In this document: positions 1-11,910 of the stretch, piece by piece
Numbering within the stretch: the stretch's first letter is position 1
Layout: every line of letters starts with the position of its first letter
Assembly (NCBI GenBank): GCA_965217775.1
Contig: CBDCJH010000002.1
Coordinates: forward strand, 512,001 to 576,000
From: Acidobacteriota bacterium
GTDB taxonomy: Bacteria; Acidobacteriota; UBA6911; RPQK01; JAJDTT01
Direction: 5' to 3'
DNA length: 64,000 nt
Notes under the pieces: generated by a model
Seen by the model: only the letters and a program-made list of their open reading frames with translations
What the model was told of the DNA's origin: nothing
The model's database searches: none
Position numbers and translations under genes: made by a program

Positions 1-146
1 TCCTGCCGCGGCGGCAGCGATTGATTCGAGGTAGCGCCGGCAGGATCAGGCTGCGCCGACCGGCGCCTTTGGATCGCCACAACCAGAAAGGCGAGAGCCA
101 GCGGCAGCATGACACAGAGCAGAATAAGAAGGGGGCTGTCGAACAT
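1..146 (-). CDS. 5' part of a putative membrane-anchored protein (runs off the window)
   Basis: Manual translation from ATG at 146: MFDSPLLILLCVMLPLALAFLVVAIQRRRSAQPDP..., a hydrophobic helix followed by RRR; open to the window edge. Confidence 0.4.
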   Translation of the reverse strand, partial: MFDSPLLILLCVMLPLALAFLVVAIQRRRSAQPDPAGATSNQSLPPRQ

Positions 147-148
147 AT

Positions 149-307
149 CAGCCCATGGCAAAAGTCGTCACGGTATTCGATCGGGTCTGCATCCCGGCGG
201 ACTGCGTTGCTCCTCGGTCACATACTCCCGGTATGCTCCCTCTGAGCGCCTTGTCCGGCGGGCGCAGCCCCGATCTCGGTACTACGTGGGACTTTCGCCA
301 CGGACTG
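149..307. mobile_element. MITE-like ~159-bp element, copy 1
   Basis: Imperfect terminal inverted repeats cagcccatggcaaaagtc / gactttcgccacggactg; internal CATAC-tcccg-GTATG hairpin; closely similar inverted copy at 3426-3583. Confidence 0.75.
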
Positions 308-404
308 ATAGGCTCCGCAGCCGCGACCCGGCCGGAATGCCTCGCGGAGGTCGCCCTCCGGATTCTTCGCTCTCGATGTGCTCCGATTCAGTGCTCGGGG
401 CACA

Positions 405-743
405 TCAGTGGCGGATCTGAAAGCGGGTCAGTTTTCGCGCCATTTCCCGCTGCTGGTCCGGGTCGCGGCTGTTGTACAGGTCCAGCCACTCCCGCAGTTC
501 CCTGGCGCTCAAGGCCAGAACGTCGCAGACCCACAAGAAGCTTCCCGGATCTTTCTCTTCCGAGGAGAACCAATCCAGGGCATCTTGGCGCCAGAGCTCC
601 CATTCCTTGCTGGCAGACTTCTTGGGAGCAACGATATCTCGGAATGCCTGCAGCAGAATTCCCAGAGCGAGATTCCTCAGGGAGGCATCCGGCTTTCTGG
701 TTTTGGGGTATAGACCGTCGCTTTCGATTACCGAAGTCTTCAT
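405..743 (-). CDS. Hypothetical small helical protein
   Basis: Protein-like ORF with a LALGILLQAFRD...ALDWF...SFLWVCDVL pattern; start chosen at ATG 743. Confidence 0.6.
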   Translation of the reverse strand: MKTSVIESDGLYPKTRKPDASLRNLALGILLQAFRDIVAPKKSASKEWELWRQDALDWFSSEEKDPGSFLWVCDVLALSARELREWLDLYNSRDPDQQREMARKLTRFQIRH

Positions 744-1065
744 TGCTAACGCCACTTCCTATCCGACTCGCCCGTGGGCGACACCTGTTCTGATATCTTA
801 CTTGATGCAAGTTCGGGCAAAAAAGTTTCGTTAATGCAAAAACTCGGCCCGGACCGGAGTCATGCGTCTCGGCGGCTTCCTCTCAATCCGCCGTGAAAAT
901 CAAGCCTGAATTCGAATCCCGTGACCAGCACTTCCAACTGAATTGTACCGATCGAGGGTGACGGGCCGAAGGAGCAACGAAGGAACAAAACGGAGAACGG
1001 AAGGCGAACGTACTCCGTTTGGTTTCCTCCTTCCCTCTCACTTCTCGTTTTGATTCTCACCGGCG

Positions 1066-1074
1066 TGCTAAAAT
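1066..1074 (+). promoter_or_regulatory. Putative extended -10 promoter for tpx
   Basis: TGcTAAAAT matches TGnTAnAAT, just upstream of the AAGGAGGT ribosome-binding site of tpx. Confidence 0.35.
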
Positions 1075-1097
1075 GCCCCTCCACCAAGGAGGTGAAT

Positions 1098-1613
1098 ATG
1101 ACGGTTGAAAGATCCAATGCAGTGACGCTCAAAGGCAATCCCTTCACCCTGGTGGGACCTGAGCTCGAAGCGGGAAATCCGGCTCCCGATTTTCAGGCCC
1201 TCGCTACCGACCTGACCCCGGTATCGCTGGCCGACACCGGGAACTCCATCCGCGTATTCAGCGTGGTTCCCTCGCTGGATACTCCCGTCTGTGACATGCA
1301 AACCAGGCGCTTCAACGAGGAAGCCGGGAAACTGCCGGGCGTGAAGATCTATACCATCAGCATGGATCTCCCCTTTGCGCAGAGCCGCTGGTGTTCGGCC
1401 GCCGGCGTCACGAATCTCTCCATGCTCTCCGATCATCGCGAGGCGTCCTTCACTCAGAACTACGGGACCTTGATCAAGGAATTGCGCTTGGCCAGTCGCG
1501 CCCTGTTCGTCGTTGACGCCGAAGGGGTGATCCGGCACGTCGAGTATGTAGGTGAGGTGACCGAGCAGCCGGATTACGATGCTGCCCTGGACGCCATCGC
1601 GGGCGCCGGCTAG
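1098..1613 (+). CDS. tpx: Thiol peroxidase (Tpx-type peroxiredoxin)
   Basis: VTLKGNP, VPSLDTPVC and SMDLPFAQSRWC motifs; strong RBS before ATG 1098. Confidence 0.95.
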   Translation: MTVERSNAVTLKGNPFTLVGPELEAGNPAPDFQALATDLTPVSLADTGNSIRVFSVVPSLDTPVCDMQTRRFNEEAGKLPGVKIYTISMDLPFAQSRWCSAAGVTNLSMLSDHREASFTQNYGTLIKELRLASRALFVVDAEGVIRHVEYVGEVTEQPDYDAALDAIAGAG

Positions 1614-1683
1614 CCGGTCGGCACGGCGGGCGGAACTGCAACTGGTTTTCCGGAACTCTGGAACGGCGGGCGCCGACGTGTAG

Positions 1684-3333
1684 CTACGGGATCAACCGAG
1701 GCCTCGGGATTTCGTCGGCTGTGCTCCAGGCAGTCAGATACACGAGTCGCGTCACCTTTTCCATCTTGGCAAAATTGAGTTTGCCGACCGTGTCCGAAGT
1801 CCGGTGGTAGTCCGGATGGAGTCCGGTGTGGAACAAGGCCACCGGCACCCCGCGGGCCAGAAAGGGCCAATGATCGCTCCGCCGGATCAGGTTCATGGGG
1901 TGGTCGTCATACCGGAATCTCAGCTCCAGGCCGACCCGCCGGTTGGCTTCCCGGACCCGTTCCCGCAGATCGCTGCTACGGCTGTATCCCAGGACGTTCA
2001 CCGAGTTCCGGTTCTGTTCCGCGGTTTGCTGCTCCATGCCCTGAAATCGGCGATCCTGGGAGTCGGGAACCTCTTCGTTGCGGCCGATCATGTCCATCTG
2101 GAGCATGGCTACGGTCCGTTCCAGGGGAAAACCGGATCGCTCCACATAGTAGTAGGAGCCGAGCAAGCCTGATTCTTCGGCGTCCCAGCCGGCGAAGAGG
2201 ACGGAGCGCCGGGGCCCCTGGGTGTTCAGGGAGAAGGCTTCCGCCACTTCCAGAAGTCCGGCCGTGCCGCTGGCATTGTCATCGGCGCCGTAATAGATCT
2301 CCCCTTCGTCGGCGCCGAGATGGTCAAAATGGGCGCCCACCACCACCACCTCCCGGCTGAGCCGGGGATCAACTCCGGGGAGAGTGGCCAGGACGTTGCG
2401 AACCTCCGTGGTATGGGGCACCGTGTCCGACTCCAGGTGCGCCTCCACGCCCTCGAGGATCAGACTCTGGGGCCGATAGTCCTGATCGATCTTCTGCTGG
2501 AGTTCCTTCAGAGTCGTTTCTTGGGTTTCCAACATGGAATCCGCCAACTTGGCGGAGACGTAATGAACCGGGATGGTGACGGCTTCAGCCCAGATCTCCA
2601 GGTAGCGACGGCGGGTGAGACCCTTCTCGGGCCAGAAGTATCGGGCCAATCGCGTGAGTCCTCTCCGTTCGGTGTGATGGAGCACGTGCGGCGCCAGGAG
2701 AACGCCGGCGGCGCCCCGTTCCTGTGCCCTGAGAATCTTGCGGCGCGTCAGGCCGTGCTCGGTGGCGACGACTCCTTGGAAAGAACTCTCCGGGTCCTTT
2801 TCTCCGGGCTCATGACGCACCACCATGACGATCTTGTCCTCGACGTCGAGGCCGTCATAGTCGTCATATCCCAACTCGGGCGCCACGATGCCGTAGCCGG
2901 CAAAGACCACTGGACCGCGGGAGAAGCCCTGGGCGGAGAGGGGGGCCGGACAGAACTCGGCGAACAACTCGGGCTTCCTGGAGGAAGCCTTACCCGGAAA
3001 CCGGATCTCGAGGGTGTTTCGTTGGCCCAGTTCCATCCGTACCAGCCTGAAGTGCTGGAAATAGGAATCCCCGTCTCCGGCGGGTTCCAGACCCAACAGC
3101 TGAAAACGGTGGGCGAGATAACGCGACGTGATCCGGCCGAACGGAGATCCGGTGCCGCGGCCCTGAAGATCATCCGAAGCCAGGAACGAGACGCTCGATC
3201 TCAGATCGGATTCGTTGATGCTGGACACGCCTCCCTCACCGAGATCGTCGGTGAGGCCGGCGATGCCGAGCGAAACGGCCAGGAGTGAGCCGGCGGCCAG
3301 GAGCACCAGGCTCGATGTCCGGACTCGGGTCAC
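1684..3333 (-). CDS. Secreted M28-family metallopeptidase with PA domain
   Basis: GAHFDH, GADDNASG, AEESGLLGS, DMIGR, RSDH and YH motifs; VFAGYGI PA insert; signal-like N-terminus from GTG 3333. The longer ORF upstream runs through MITE DNA and thiC. Confidence 0.88.
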   Translation of the reverse strand: MTRVRTSSLVLLAAGSLLAVSLGIAGLTDDLGEGGVSSINESDLRSSVSFLASDDLQGRGTGSPFGRITSRYLAHRFQLLGLEPAGDGDSYFQHFRLVRMELGQRNTLEIRFPGKASSRKPELFAEFCPAPLSAQGFSRGPVVFAGYGIVAPELGYDDYDGLDVEDKIVMVVRHEPGEKDPESSFQGVVATEHGLTRRKILRAQERGAAGVLLAPHVLHHTERRGLTRLARYFWPEKGLTRRRYLEIWAEAVTIPVHYVSAKLADSMLETQETTLKELQQKIDQDYRPQSLILEGVEAHLESDTVPHTTEVRNVLATLPGVDPRLSREVVVVGAHFDHLGADEGEIYYGADDNASGTAGLLEVAEAFSLNTQGPRRSVLFAGWDAEESGLLGSYYYVERSGFPLERTVAMLQMDMIGRNEEVPDSQDRRFQGMEQQTAEQNRNSVNVLGYSRSSDLRERVREANRRVGLELRFRYDDHPMNLIRRSDHWPFLARGVPVALFHTGLHPDYHRTSDTVGKLNFAKMEKVTRLVYLTAWSTADEIPRPRLIP

Positions 3334-3389
3334 GGCCGGACCAGCCTGGAGATGGTGGCGCCCGGTCCGGAAGTGCCGGCTTGGTGTGC

Positions 3390-3421
3390 TCGAATGCCGT
3401 GACGGCTCTTGCCACGGGCTG
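3390..3421. repeat. Truncated tandem MITE end
   Basis: tcgaatgccgtgacggctcttgccacgggctg repeats the end of the adjacent element (about 3552-3583). Confidence 0.7.
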
Positions 3422-3425
3422 TTGA

Positions 3426-3583
3426 CAGCCCGTGGTGAAAGTCCCGCGAGCACCGAGACCGTTCCTGCGCCCGCCGGACCAGGCGCGATGAGGAAGCATA
3501 CCGGGAGTATGTGAGCCGATAGCAACGCAGTCCGCCGGGATGCAGGGACGGTCGAATGCCGTGACGACTTTTGCCACGGGCTG
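3426..3583. mobile_element. MITE-like ~158-bp element, copy 2
   Basis: Terminal inverted repeats cagcccgtggtgaaagtc / gacttttgccacgggctg, flanked by ttga/tcaa; inverted copy of 149-307; directly abuts the thiC stop codon. Confidence 0.8.
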
Positions 3584-5622
<2,039 letters not shown>

Positions 5623-5814
5623 GGTCTCGGGCCCGCAAGCCGAGACTCAATCGGGCATGTTATCGGAGGGACGCGGCGCTTTCAAGAGACCATTATTGGC
5701 GTCAACCTGTTAACCTCCGATATATCAGTCCTCTGTGGCAATATGAGGGCTATTCGGGGCTGGCCGGCACCCCCTTTACCTGGAGGACGAGGAGGATCTT
5801 TCGACCTTCGTCCC

Positions 5815-6531
5815 ATGACCCCGCGTTACAAGACCATGATCTCAGCCGATTTTCCCGGGGCCGCCTGTCCCCCGGGGAGTCGCGTGCGTTTTCCATCCGC
5901 TGAAGGGTGGATCGAGGGCGCCGTCAACGAATTGAGACTCCGGCATGCCGTCGTCGCGGCAACGGACGGCACTCGCTGGAGGGTCCCCTATGGGGCCGTG
6001 ACCGTCATCGAGCGGGCCCGGGCGGCAGAGTGCACACTCCGGGAGGTCGAGGACCTCGCCCAGGAGCTGCTGGAACGCCAGCGGCGGGTCGGCGGCCTGG
6101 ATGCCGGCTGGAACTTCGGATTCGACCTGGCTCCCGTGCGGGCGGGAATCTGCCGGTACGCCCGGAAGAGAATCGAACTCTCCGTGAGCTACTGCCTCCG
6201 GGCAACGCGGTCCCAGATCGAGGACACTCTGCTCCACGAGATCGCTCACGCCATCGTCGGCCAAGGTCACCATCACGACGCCGTCTGGAAGGCCAAGGCT
6301 CGGGAGATCGGCTGCAGTGGCGAACGCTGTCACGACGTCACTCACAGCGTTCCCCAATGGGTGGGCAGATGCGGTTGCGGGCAACGATGGTACCGTCGGC
6401 GGCTCCACCGCCGGATCTGGAAGAACGCGCTCTGTGCCCGCTGCGGGCTCCGGATCGAATGGCGGCGCAACCGGGAATCGGTACCGGCGGAAGTGGGGTC
6501 CAGGTTACCTTCCCCTGAACCTGCGCCGTGA
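5815..6531 (+). CDS. SprT-like zinc metalloprotease with an extra N-terminal beta-barrel-like domain
   Basis: AGIC, TLLHEIAH, HHHDAVWK and a C-terminal CxC...CxxC zinc ribbon; start at ATG 5815 is approximate. Confidence 0.85.
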   Translation: MTPRYKTMISADFPGAACPPGSRVRFPSAEGWIEGAVNELRLRHAVVAATDGTRWRVPYGAVTVIERARAAECTLREVEDLAQELLERQRRVGGLDAGWNFGFDLAPVRAGICRYARKRIELSVSYCLRATRSQIEDTLLHEIAHAIVGQGHHHDAVWKAKAREIGCSGERCHDVTHSVPQWVGRCGCGQRWYRRRLHRRIWKNALCARCGLRIEWRRNRESVPAEVGSRLPSPEPAP

Positions 6532-6718
6532 CCGGCAGGACCCCAAAAGGTGTGAGGCGGGGTGACGATGGGCAGGTGCGAGGGGTTGCGTCAGTCGCAT
6601 TCATTTTGACTTCCAGGCTCCTTGATGTTCCCCCACTGCGCCGGGGCTATTCCGGTTTGACCAGGAATCGGCGCCCCTCGGACAATCGGGTTGGATTCCG
6701 GTATATTTAAAGCCGACG

Positions 6719-8161
6719 ATGACGTTGCGTCGTACCCGCCCGCGCCAAGTTACGTTCTGGTTCGTCTCTCTTGCCGTTCTGGCTGCGTTTCAACTCGGAC
6801 CCGCCCAGGTCCAGGACCTCGAAGAACTGCGCAAGGCTGCCGAAGAGGGAGACGTCGGCGCTCAGTTCAGCCTGGGCTTCAGGTACGCCACTGGCCGGGG
6901 TGTACCGAGAGATCCTGAGCAGGCCGCGAAGTGGTATCGGAGGGCCGCGGACCAGGGAGACGCTCTCGCTCAATACAACCTGGGCGTCATGTACGTCAGC
7001 GGCCGGGGCGTGCCGAGGGATGCCGCCGAGGCCGCGAAGTGGTACCTGATGGCCGCCGAGCAGGGAGACGCCCGGGCCCAGTACAACATTGGCGTCAGGT
7101 ACGCCAACGGCCAGGGTGTGTCGAGGGATGCGTCCGAAGCCGCGAAGTGGTACCGGAAAGCCGCCGAGCAGGGGCATGGCCGCGCTCAATACAACCTGGG
7201 CGTCATGTACGTCATCGGTCGGGGCGTGCCCAAGGACGCCGCCGAGGCCGTGAAGTGGTATCTGAAGGCCGCCGAGCAGGGAGACGCCCGCGCCCAATAC
7301 AATCTTGGATTCCGGTATGCCAATGGTTGGGGTGTTTCGGAGGACGCCGGCGAGGCCGCCAAGTGGTACCTGAAGGCCGCCGAGCAGGGACACGCCCGCG
7401 CTCAGCTTTTTCTGGCCGACATGTACTCGGATGGCCGGGGTGTGCCGGAGGATGTCGGCGAGGCGGTCAAGTGGTATCGGAACTCTGCCGAGCAGGGAGA
7501 GGCCAGCGCTCAAAACAACCTTGGCGTCATGTACGCCAGCGGTCGCGGGGTATCGAAGGACGACCAGGAAGCCGTGAAGTGGTATCTGAAGGCCGCCGAG
7601 CAGGGAGATGCCGGCGCCCAGTTCAACCTGGGCGACATGTATGCCTCGGGTCGGGGAGTGCCGAAAGATGTGGGCGAAGCCGTGAATTGGTATCGGAAGG
7701 CTGCAGATCAGGGCGAAGCCGGCGCTCAATACAACTTGGCCGACATGTACGCCGACGGCCGGGGTGTGCAGGCGGATGCCGGCGAAGCCGTCAAATGGTA
7801 TCGGCTGGCCGCCGAGCGAGGAGACGCCGGCGCTCAATACAACCTCGGCTTCAGATATGCCAACGGTTGGGGGATGCCGGAGGACGACCGCGAAGCCGTG
7901 AAGTGGTATCTGAAGGCTGCGGAACAGGGGGAGGCCCGGGCCCAGAACAACCTTGGTGTCATGTACGCCAACGGTTGGGGGGTGCCGAAGGACGAAGTTC
8001 AGGCCTACGCCTGGATTATTCTGGCCGCGGCGAAAGGAAACGAGAACGCGGTCAGGACCAAGAACTGGCTCAGTCCGAAGATTTCCCCCGATCAGGTGTC
8101 GGAAGCGCAGAAGCTCGCCGAAGATCTGTCCCAGCGCATCGAGCCCACAGAACCGGAGTAG
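6719..8161 (+). CDS. Secreted Sel1-like repeat protein
   Basis: Signal peptide followed by 11 tandem 36-aa AQYNLGxMYxxGxGVxxDxxEAxKWYxxAAEQG repeats. Confidence 0.95.
   Translation: MTLRRTRPRQVTFWFVSLAVLAAFQLGPAQVQDLEELRKAAEEGDVGAQFSLGFRYATGRGVPRDPEQAAKWYRRAADQGDALAQYNLGVMYVSGRGVPRDAAEAAKWYLMAAEQGDARAQYNIGVRYANGQGVSRDASEAAKWYRKAAEQGHGRAQYNLGVMYVIGRGVPKDAAEAVKWYLKAAEQGDARAQYNLGFRYANGWGVSEDAGEAAKWYLKAAEQGHARAQLFLADMYSDGRGVPEDVGEAVKWYRNSAEQGEASAQNNLGVMYASGRGVSKDDQEAVKWYLKAAEQGDAGAQFNLGDMYASGRGVPKDVGEAVNWYRKAADQGEAGAQYNLADMYADGRGVQADAGEAVKWYRLAAERGDAGAQYNLGFRYANGWGMPEDDREAVKWYLKAAEQGEARAQNNLGVMYANGWGVPKDEVQAYAWIILAAAKGNENAVRTKNWLSPKISPDQVSEAQKLAEDLSQRIEPTEPE
6851..8038 (+). repeat. 11 x 108-bp coding tandem repeats (Sel1)
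   Basis: Recurring aagtggtatctgaaggccgccgagcaggga-like motifs at 108-nt spacing. Confidence 0.9.
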
Positions 8162-8243
8162 GCAGACTACTCCCAGACCATCCCGCACCAATCCGTGTCG
8201 ATCCCGCCGGAATATCCGTGGAAGTGGACCCCGTCTGATTCCC

Positions 8244-9785
8244 CTACTCGGCCGTCTCGTTGGCGGGATAGCCGGGATTGGGAGGATCGAAGTAGCCGTT
8301 CCCGTCGAAGTCCACCCAGATCGGATTGGTGAAGGCGAACGAGCTGAAATGGGAGAAGGGCGTCTCCCAGGGGCGGTCGGAGGTGGCCAGCACCAGAATC
8401 CAGGTGTCCTGGTCGGCTTTGACCTCGATGTCCCAATGGTGTCGGGTGGCCTCCGGCGCCTCGAGGGTCGAGAGCGTCTTCAGCACCTTGCCGTTGGCCA
8501 CGATCTCCACCCGGTCCAGCGGAATCCAGGGGGCCCTCTGGACGTTGACGTGCAGCATCACCGACCCGTCTCTGGCGGTGTGGGTGGAGCCCATCTGGAC
8601 GCCGTCGTCGATGCTGAAGCGGATGAAGGGACCCAGCGAAGCGGATGACGCGCCCCGCTTCAACGCGTCGACCACCTTGTAGGGATCGATCTCCCAGGGG
8701 TTGTCCGTGTCCGAGAGGACGTAGTTTCGAGGATATCCGGGCAACTCGCTGGGGTACCGGTGGGCGTCGGTGTTGCCCACGCCGGTGATGGCGATCCCCC
8801 GGTTGAGCAGGCTGTACCAATCCTTCAGATTCTGGTCCAGCTTGTGGTTCCGGCCGAATTGGGGATTTTCCCCGTCCTCAACCACGGTCAGGGCGTTGTA
8901 GACCTCTACCTGGTCGAAACCGGTTTCGAAGAAGGGATACTCGATCTCCCCGGTGTCCCGATTGAGCCGGGTGTTGAAGTAGCCTCCCTTGGACGCGTCG
9001 TACCGGGGATGATTGATCTGGACGATCTCGTCGCCCGGGTTCCGCCGCATCAGCCGGAGGAATTCTCCCGGAGTGCGAATGGAGTGGCGATATGAACGTT
9101 CCTGCCACCGGTTCAGCGACATGGGAAAGCTATTGTAGTGGCCGAATACCGTGTCAATCTCAGACCCCACCACCGAGGACATGAAGCGGCCCAGGTTCAG
9201 TTGCTCGATGTAGGGAGAGTAATCCTTGAGGATGTTGTGATCGGTCGCGGTGAGCAGGTCCAGTCCGGCCGCGGCCGACACGATGGCGCCGTCCCGCATG
9301 GCGAACTGGAGATGCAGGTGGAAGTCGGACGAGATGAAGCCGCTGGTGTCGATGGCCCGCGACAGCGTGGAGGTGAAGTGGCTCCGTGTCCCTTCCAGGA
9401 TCTCCACCTCCTGATGGTCCAGGGTGTATTCGATTCCGCGGCTCACGTAAACGTCGTACCGGCCCACCGGAATGGTCTTCAATTCCCGGCCGGAAGCCGT
9501 CACCAGGAAGTTCTTGAAGCGTCCGACCACAGGCGATTCCGGCCGGCCGTCGGCGTGGGCGAAGTAGAGCCGGGAGGGCAGATGGATTCCGGTCTTGTCC
9601 TCCAGAACCTCGAACGAGAGCTCACCCACGGGCTGGCCCGTCTCCAGGACGAAGCGCTGGTCCGGGTCGGGCCCCTGATCGTGCGAGGAGAGGGTCGTGG
9701 CCGGATGCTGCAGGAAAAACCAGCAAGCTACGCCCGCCAGCAGGAAAGAGACTCGAAGCAAGAACTTGGTTGAGAGCTTTTTCAA
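8244..9785 (-). CDS. CehA/McbA-like PHP-fold metallohydrolase, secreted
   Basis: DFHLH, TDHN, GHYN, QINHP, GNTDAH and AFTNPIWVD motifs; TTG 9785 preceded by GGAGG. The ORF extension to 10736 is antisense to the SDR gene. Confidence 0.8.
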   Translation of the reverse strand: MKKLSTKFLLRVSFLLAGVACWFFLQHPATTLSSHDQGPDPDQRFVLETGQPVGELSFEVLEDKTGIHLPSRLYFAHADGRPESPVVGRFKNFLVTASGRELKTIPVGRYDVYVSRGIEYTLDHQEVEILEGTRSHFTSTLSRAIDTSGFISSDFHLHLQFAMRDGAIVSAAAGLDLLTATDHNILKDYSPYIEQLNLGRFMSSVVGSEIDTVFGHYNSFPMSLNRWQERSYRHSIRTPGEFLRLMRRNPGDEIVQINHPRYDASKGGYFNTRLNRDTGEIEYPFFETGFDQVEVYNALTVVEDGENPQFGRNHKLDQNLKDWYSLLNRGIAITGVGNTDAHRYPSELPGYPRNYVLSDTDNPWEIDPYKVVDALKRGASSASLGPFIRFSIDDGVQMGSTHTARDGSVMLHVNVQRAPWIPLDRVEIVANGKVLKTLSTLEAPEATRHHWDIEVKADQDTWILVLATSDRPWETPFSHFSSFAFTNPIWVDFDGNGYFDPPNPGYPANETAE

Positions 9786-9902
9786 GGTTATCCTCCACCC
9801 CGAGGTTAGGGCCCGGATGGCAGGACTGCAAGAAGAAACCATGAGAAAAATGTATTTTCGCGAAATGGTGATGGTATTGGGATCAACTAAGGGAGACGGT
9901 CC

Positions 9903-10634
9903 ATGAGTGTTCTGGAAAATCAGGTGGCGGTGGTCACAGGGGCGGGTACGGGCATCGGCCGGGCCGTGGCCGAGACCTTCTCTCGCGAGGGCGCCGCAGT
10001 GGCTCTGCTCGGGCGCCGGCAAGAACCACTTCGGGAGGTGGCGGCTCAGTTGCCTCGAGACCGGGTCTTGACCTGTGCTTGCGACGTCTCCTCCCGAAAT
10101 CAGGTGGACGGCGTTTTCGCGCGGATCCGGGAGCGGTTGGGAGTGGCGAGTCTGCTGGTGAACAACGCCGGGATCAACACGGTGGTGAGGGATCTGGCGC
10201 ATATTGAACCTTCGGATTGGGACCATGTCCTGGCCGTGAACCTGACCGGCGCCTTCAACTGCATCCGCGCCGTCCTGCCCGGCATGCGGGAGCTGGGAGG
10301 GGGTGTCATCATCAACGTCTCTTCCATCGCCGGGAAGCGGGCCAGCAAAGTGGCGGGAGTGGCCTACGTGGCCTCCAAGCATGGGATGGTGGGACTGACC
10401 CACTCCACAAACCGGGAGGAAGGGGTCAACGGGATCCGCTCCACCGTGATCCTTCCCGGCGAGGTGGATACCCCCATTCTGGACGTCCGCCCGGAGCCGG
10501 TTCCCCGCGAGTGGAGAGAGCGGATTCTCCGATCCGAGGACGTGGCGGCGTGCGCCTTGCTGGTGGCCGGGCTTCCGCCACGCGCCTGCGTTCCCGAAAT
10601 CGTCGTCACGCCCACGATTCAAAGTTATTCTTGA
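9903..10634 (+). CDS. Short-chain dehydrogenase/reductase
   Basis: TGAGTGIG, NNAG and YVASK catalytic motif. Confidence 0.93.
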   Translation: MSVLENQVAVVTGAGTGIGRAVAETFSREGAAVALLGRRQEPLREVAAQLPRDRVLTCACDVSSRNQVDGVFARIRERLGVASLLVNNAGINTVVRDLAHIEPSDWDHVLAVNLTGAFNCIRAVLPGMRELGGGVIINVSSIAGKRASKVAGVAYVASKHGMVGLTHSTNREEGVNGIRSTVILPGEVDTPILDVRPEPVPREWRERILRSEDVAACALLVAGLPPRACVPEIVVTPTIQSYS

Positions 10635-10763
10635 CACGCGATGCCGCTGGCCGGGGGTCTTGGAACCTGGTTCGGATCGCCTCTCCCTCTGGGCGTAGTA
10701 GACTGGGTGCGACCTGGGGGTCGTCGGAAAAACCACTCACAGAAAGAGAAAAAGGGAGGATCC

Positions 10764-11099
10764 ATGAAGAAGAATTCGGTTGGTGAAGTTCAGGGAAACG
10801 ACAGCATTCCGGGGATTCTGCGCAAGACGCTCGCCTATAACGAGGAAGTCATGCTCTGCCACTTTTCCATGTCACAAGGGGCTACTATTCCCCTGCACAA
10901 TCACCGGGCCAGCCAGGTGGGATACGTGGTCAGCGGATCCCTCAAGTTCGTGGGCAAGGAAGAATCGGATACCTTCAGGGCTGAAACGGGCGATTCCTAC
11001 GTCTTCGATCCCTACAAGTTCCATGGCTGCCAGGTGCAGGCGGACTCCGAAGTCTTGGAAGTTTTCTATCCGGTTCGGGAAGAGTACAAGGACTCCTGA
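10764..11099 (+). CDS. Cupin-domain protein
   Basis: PLHNH...QVGYVVSG...GDSY...H...LEVFYPVREEY pattern; GGAGG RBS. Confidence 0.85.
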   Translation: MKKNSVGEVQGNDSIPGILRKTLAYNEEVMLCHFSMSQGATIPLHNHRASQVGYVVSGSLKFVGKEESDTFRAETGDSYVFDPYKFHGCQVQADSEVLEVFYPVREEYKDS

Positions 11100-11100
11100 C

Positions 11101-11862
11101 ATGGTCAATGCTTCCCTGAAGCAGAAGCTGGCCCGGGGCGAGTTGGTGGTGGGGACCCTCATGACCTTCGATTTCTGGGCCGGATACCTGGAAATCTACA
11201 AGCAGGTGGGTATGGACTTCGTGTTCCTGGACATGGAGCATGGAGCCGCCGACCTGGCCAAGGCAGAAGAACTGTGCCGCACTGCCCGCTTGCTGGACCT
11301 GCCTCTGATCCTGCGTCCCGAGGACAGCGTCTACCACCTTCTGCGCCGCTACGCGGACATGGGCCCCTCCGGGTTCATGATTCCCTGGACCGAAAGGGAG
11401 GAACAACTGGAGACGGTCAAGAGCGCCATCTACGTTCCGCCCCGGGGACGCCGGGGACCGGGAGGGCCGTCCGTCATGCGCACGCGCAGCCTGGATCTGA
11501 AGGGCTGGCAGGAGGTGGAGGACGACTTCTTCGTCTGTTTCCAGGTGGAGACGCCTCGGGGCATCGAGGCCCTGCCGGGACTGGCCGCCCGGGACTGGAT
11601 CGATGCCGTGATGTTGGGTCCCTATGATCTCTCACTCAATCTGGGACACTGCGGAGAGTGGGATCATCCGGTGGTGGTCGACGCCATACTGAGGGTCCTG
11701 GAAGGGGCTCGAGCCGCCGGGAAACCTTGCGGCATGGTGGTCGGAAGCCTGGAACAGGGCCGATTCTGGATCGAACGGGGTTTTCACTTCCTGTCGTTCG
11801 GAGAGGCCACGGGCATGGTCCGGGCCCAGGCCTCCGCCTTTCTCTCGGCCGTCCGGGGATGA
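11101..11862 (+). CDS. HpcH/HpaI aldolase family protein
   Basis: DFVFLDMEHG, PPRGRRG, QVET and GPYDLS motifs. Confidence 0.9.
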   Translation: MVNASLKQKLARGELVVGTLMTFDFWAGYLEIYKQVGMDFVFLDMEHGAADLAKAEELCRTARLLDLPLILRPEDSVYHLLRRYADMGPSGFMIPWTEREEQLETVKSAIYVPPRGRRGPGGPSVMRTRSLDLKGWQEVEDDFFVCFQVETPRGIEALPGLAARDWIDAVMLGPYDLSLNLGHCGEWDHPVVVDAILRVLEGARAAGKPCGMVVGSLEQGRFWIERGFHFLSFGEATGMVRAQASAFLSAVRG

Positions 11863-11910
11863 GCTTCCCCGGGGCGCACGGCGTCAACCGCTGTCGGCGG
11901 AGAGTCGTGC

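Noticed and set aside
6707-8191. Repetitive minus-strand ORF, or a possible CRISPR-like periodicity
   Set aside because: The 108-bp period is fully explained by coding Sel1 repeats; there are no identical repeats with unique spacers.
9786-10736. N-terminal third of the 830-aa minus-strand ORF
   Set aside because: Antisense to the SDR gene; the real start with an RBS is at 9785.
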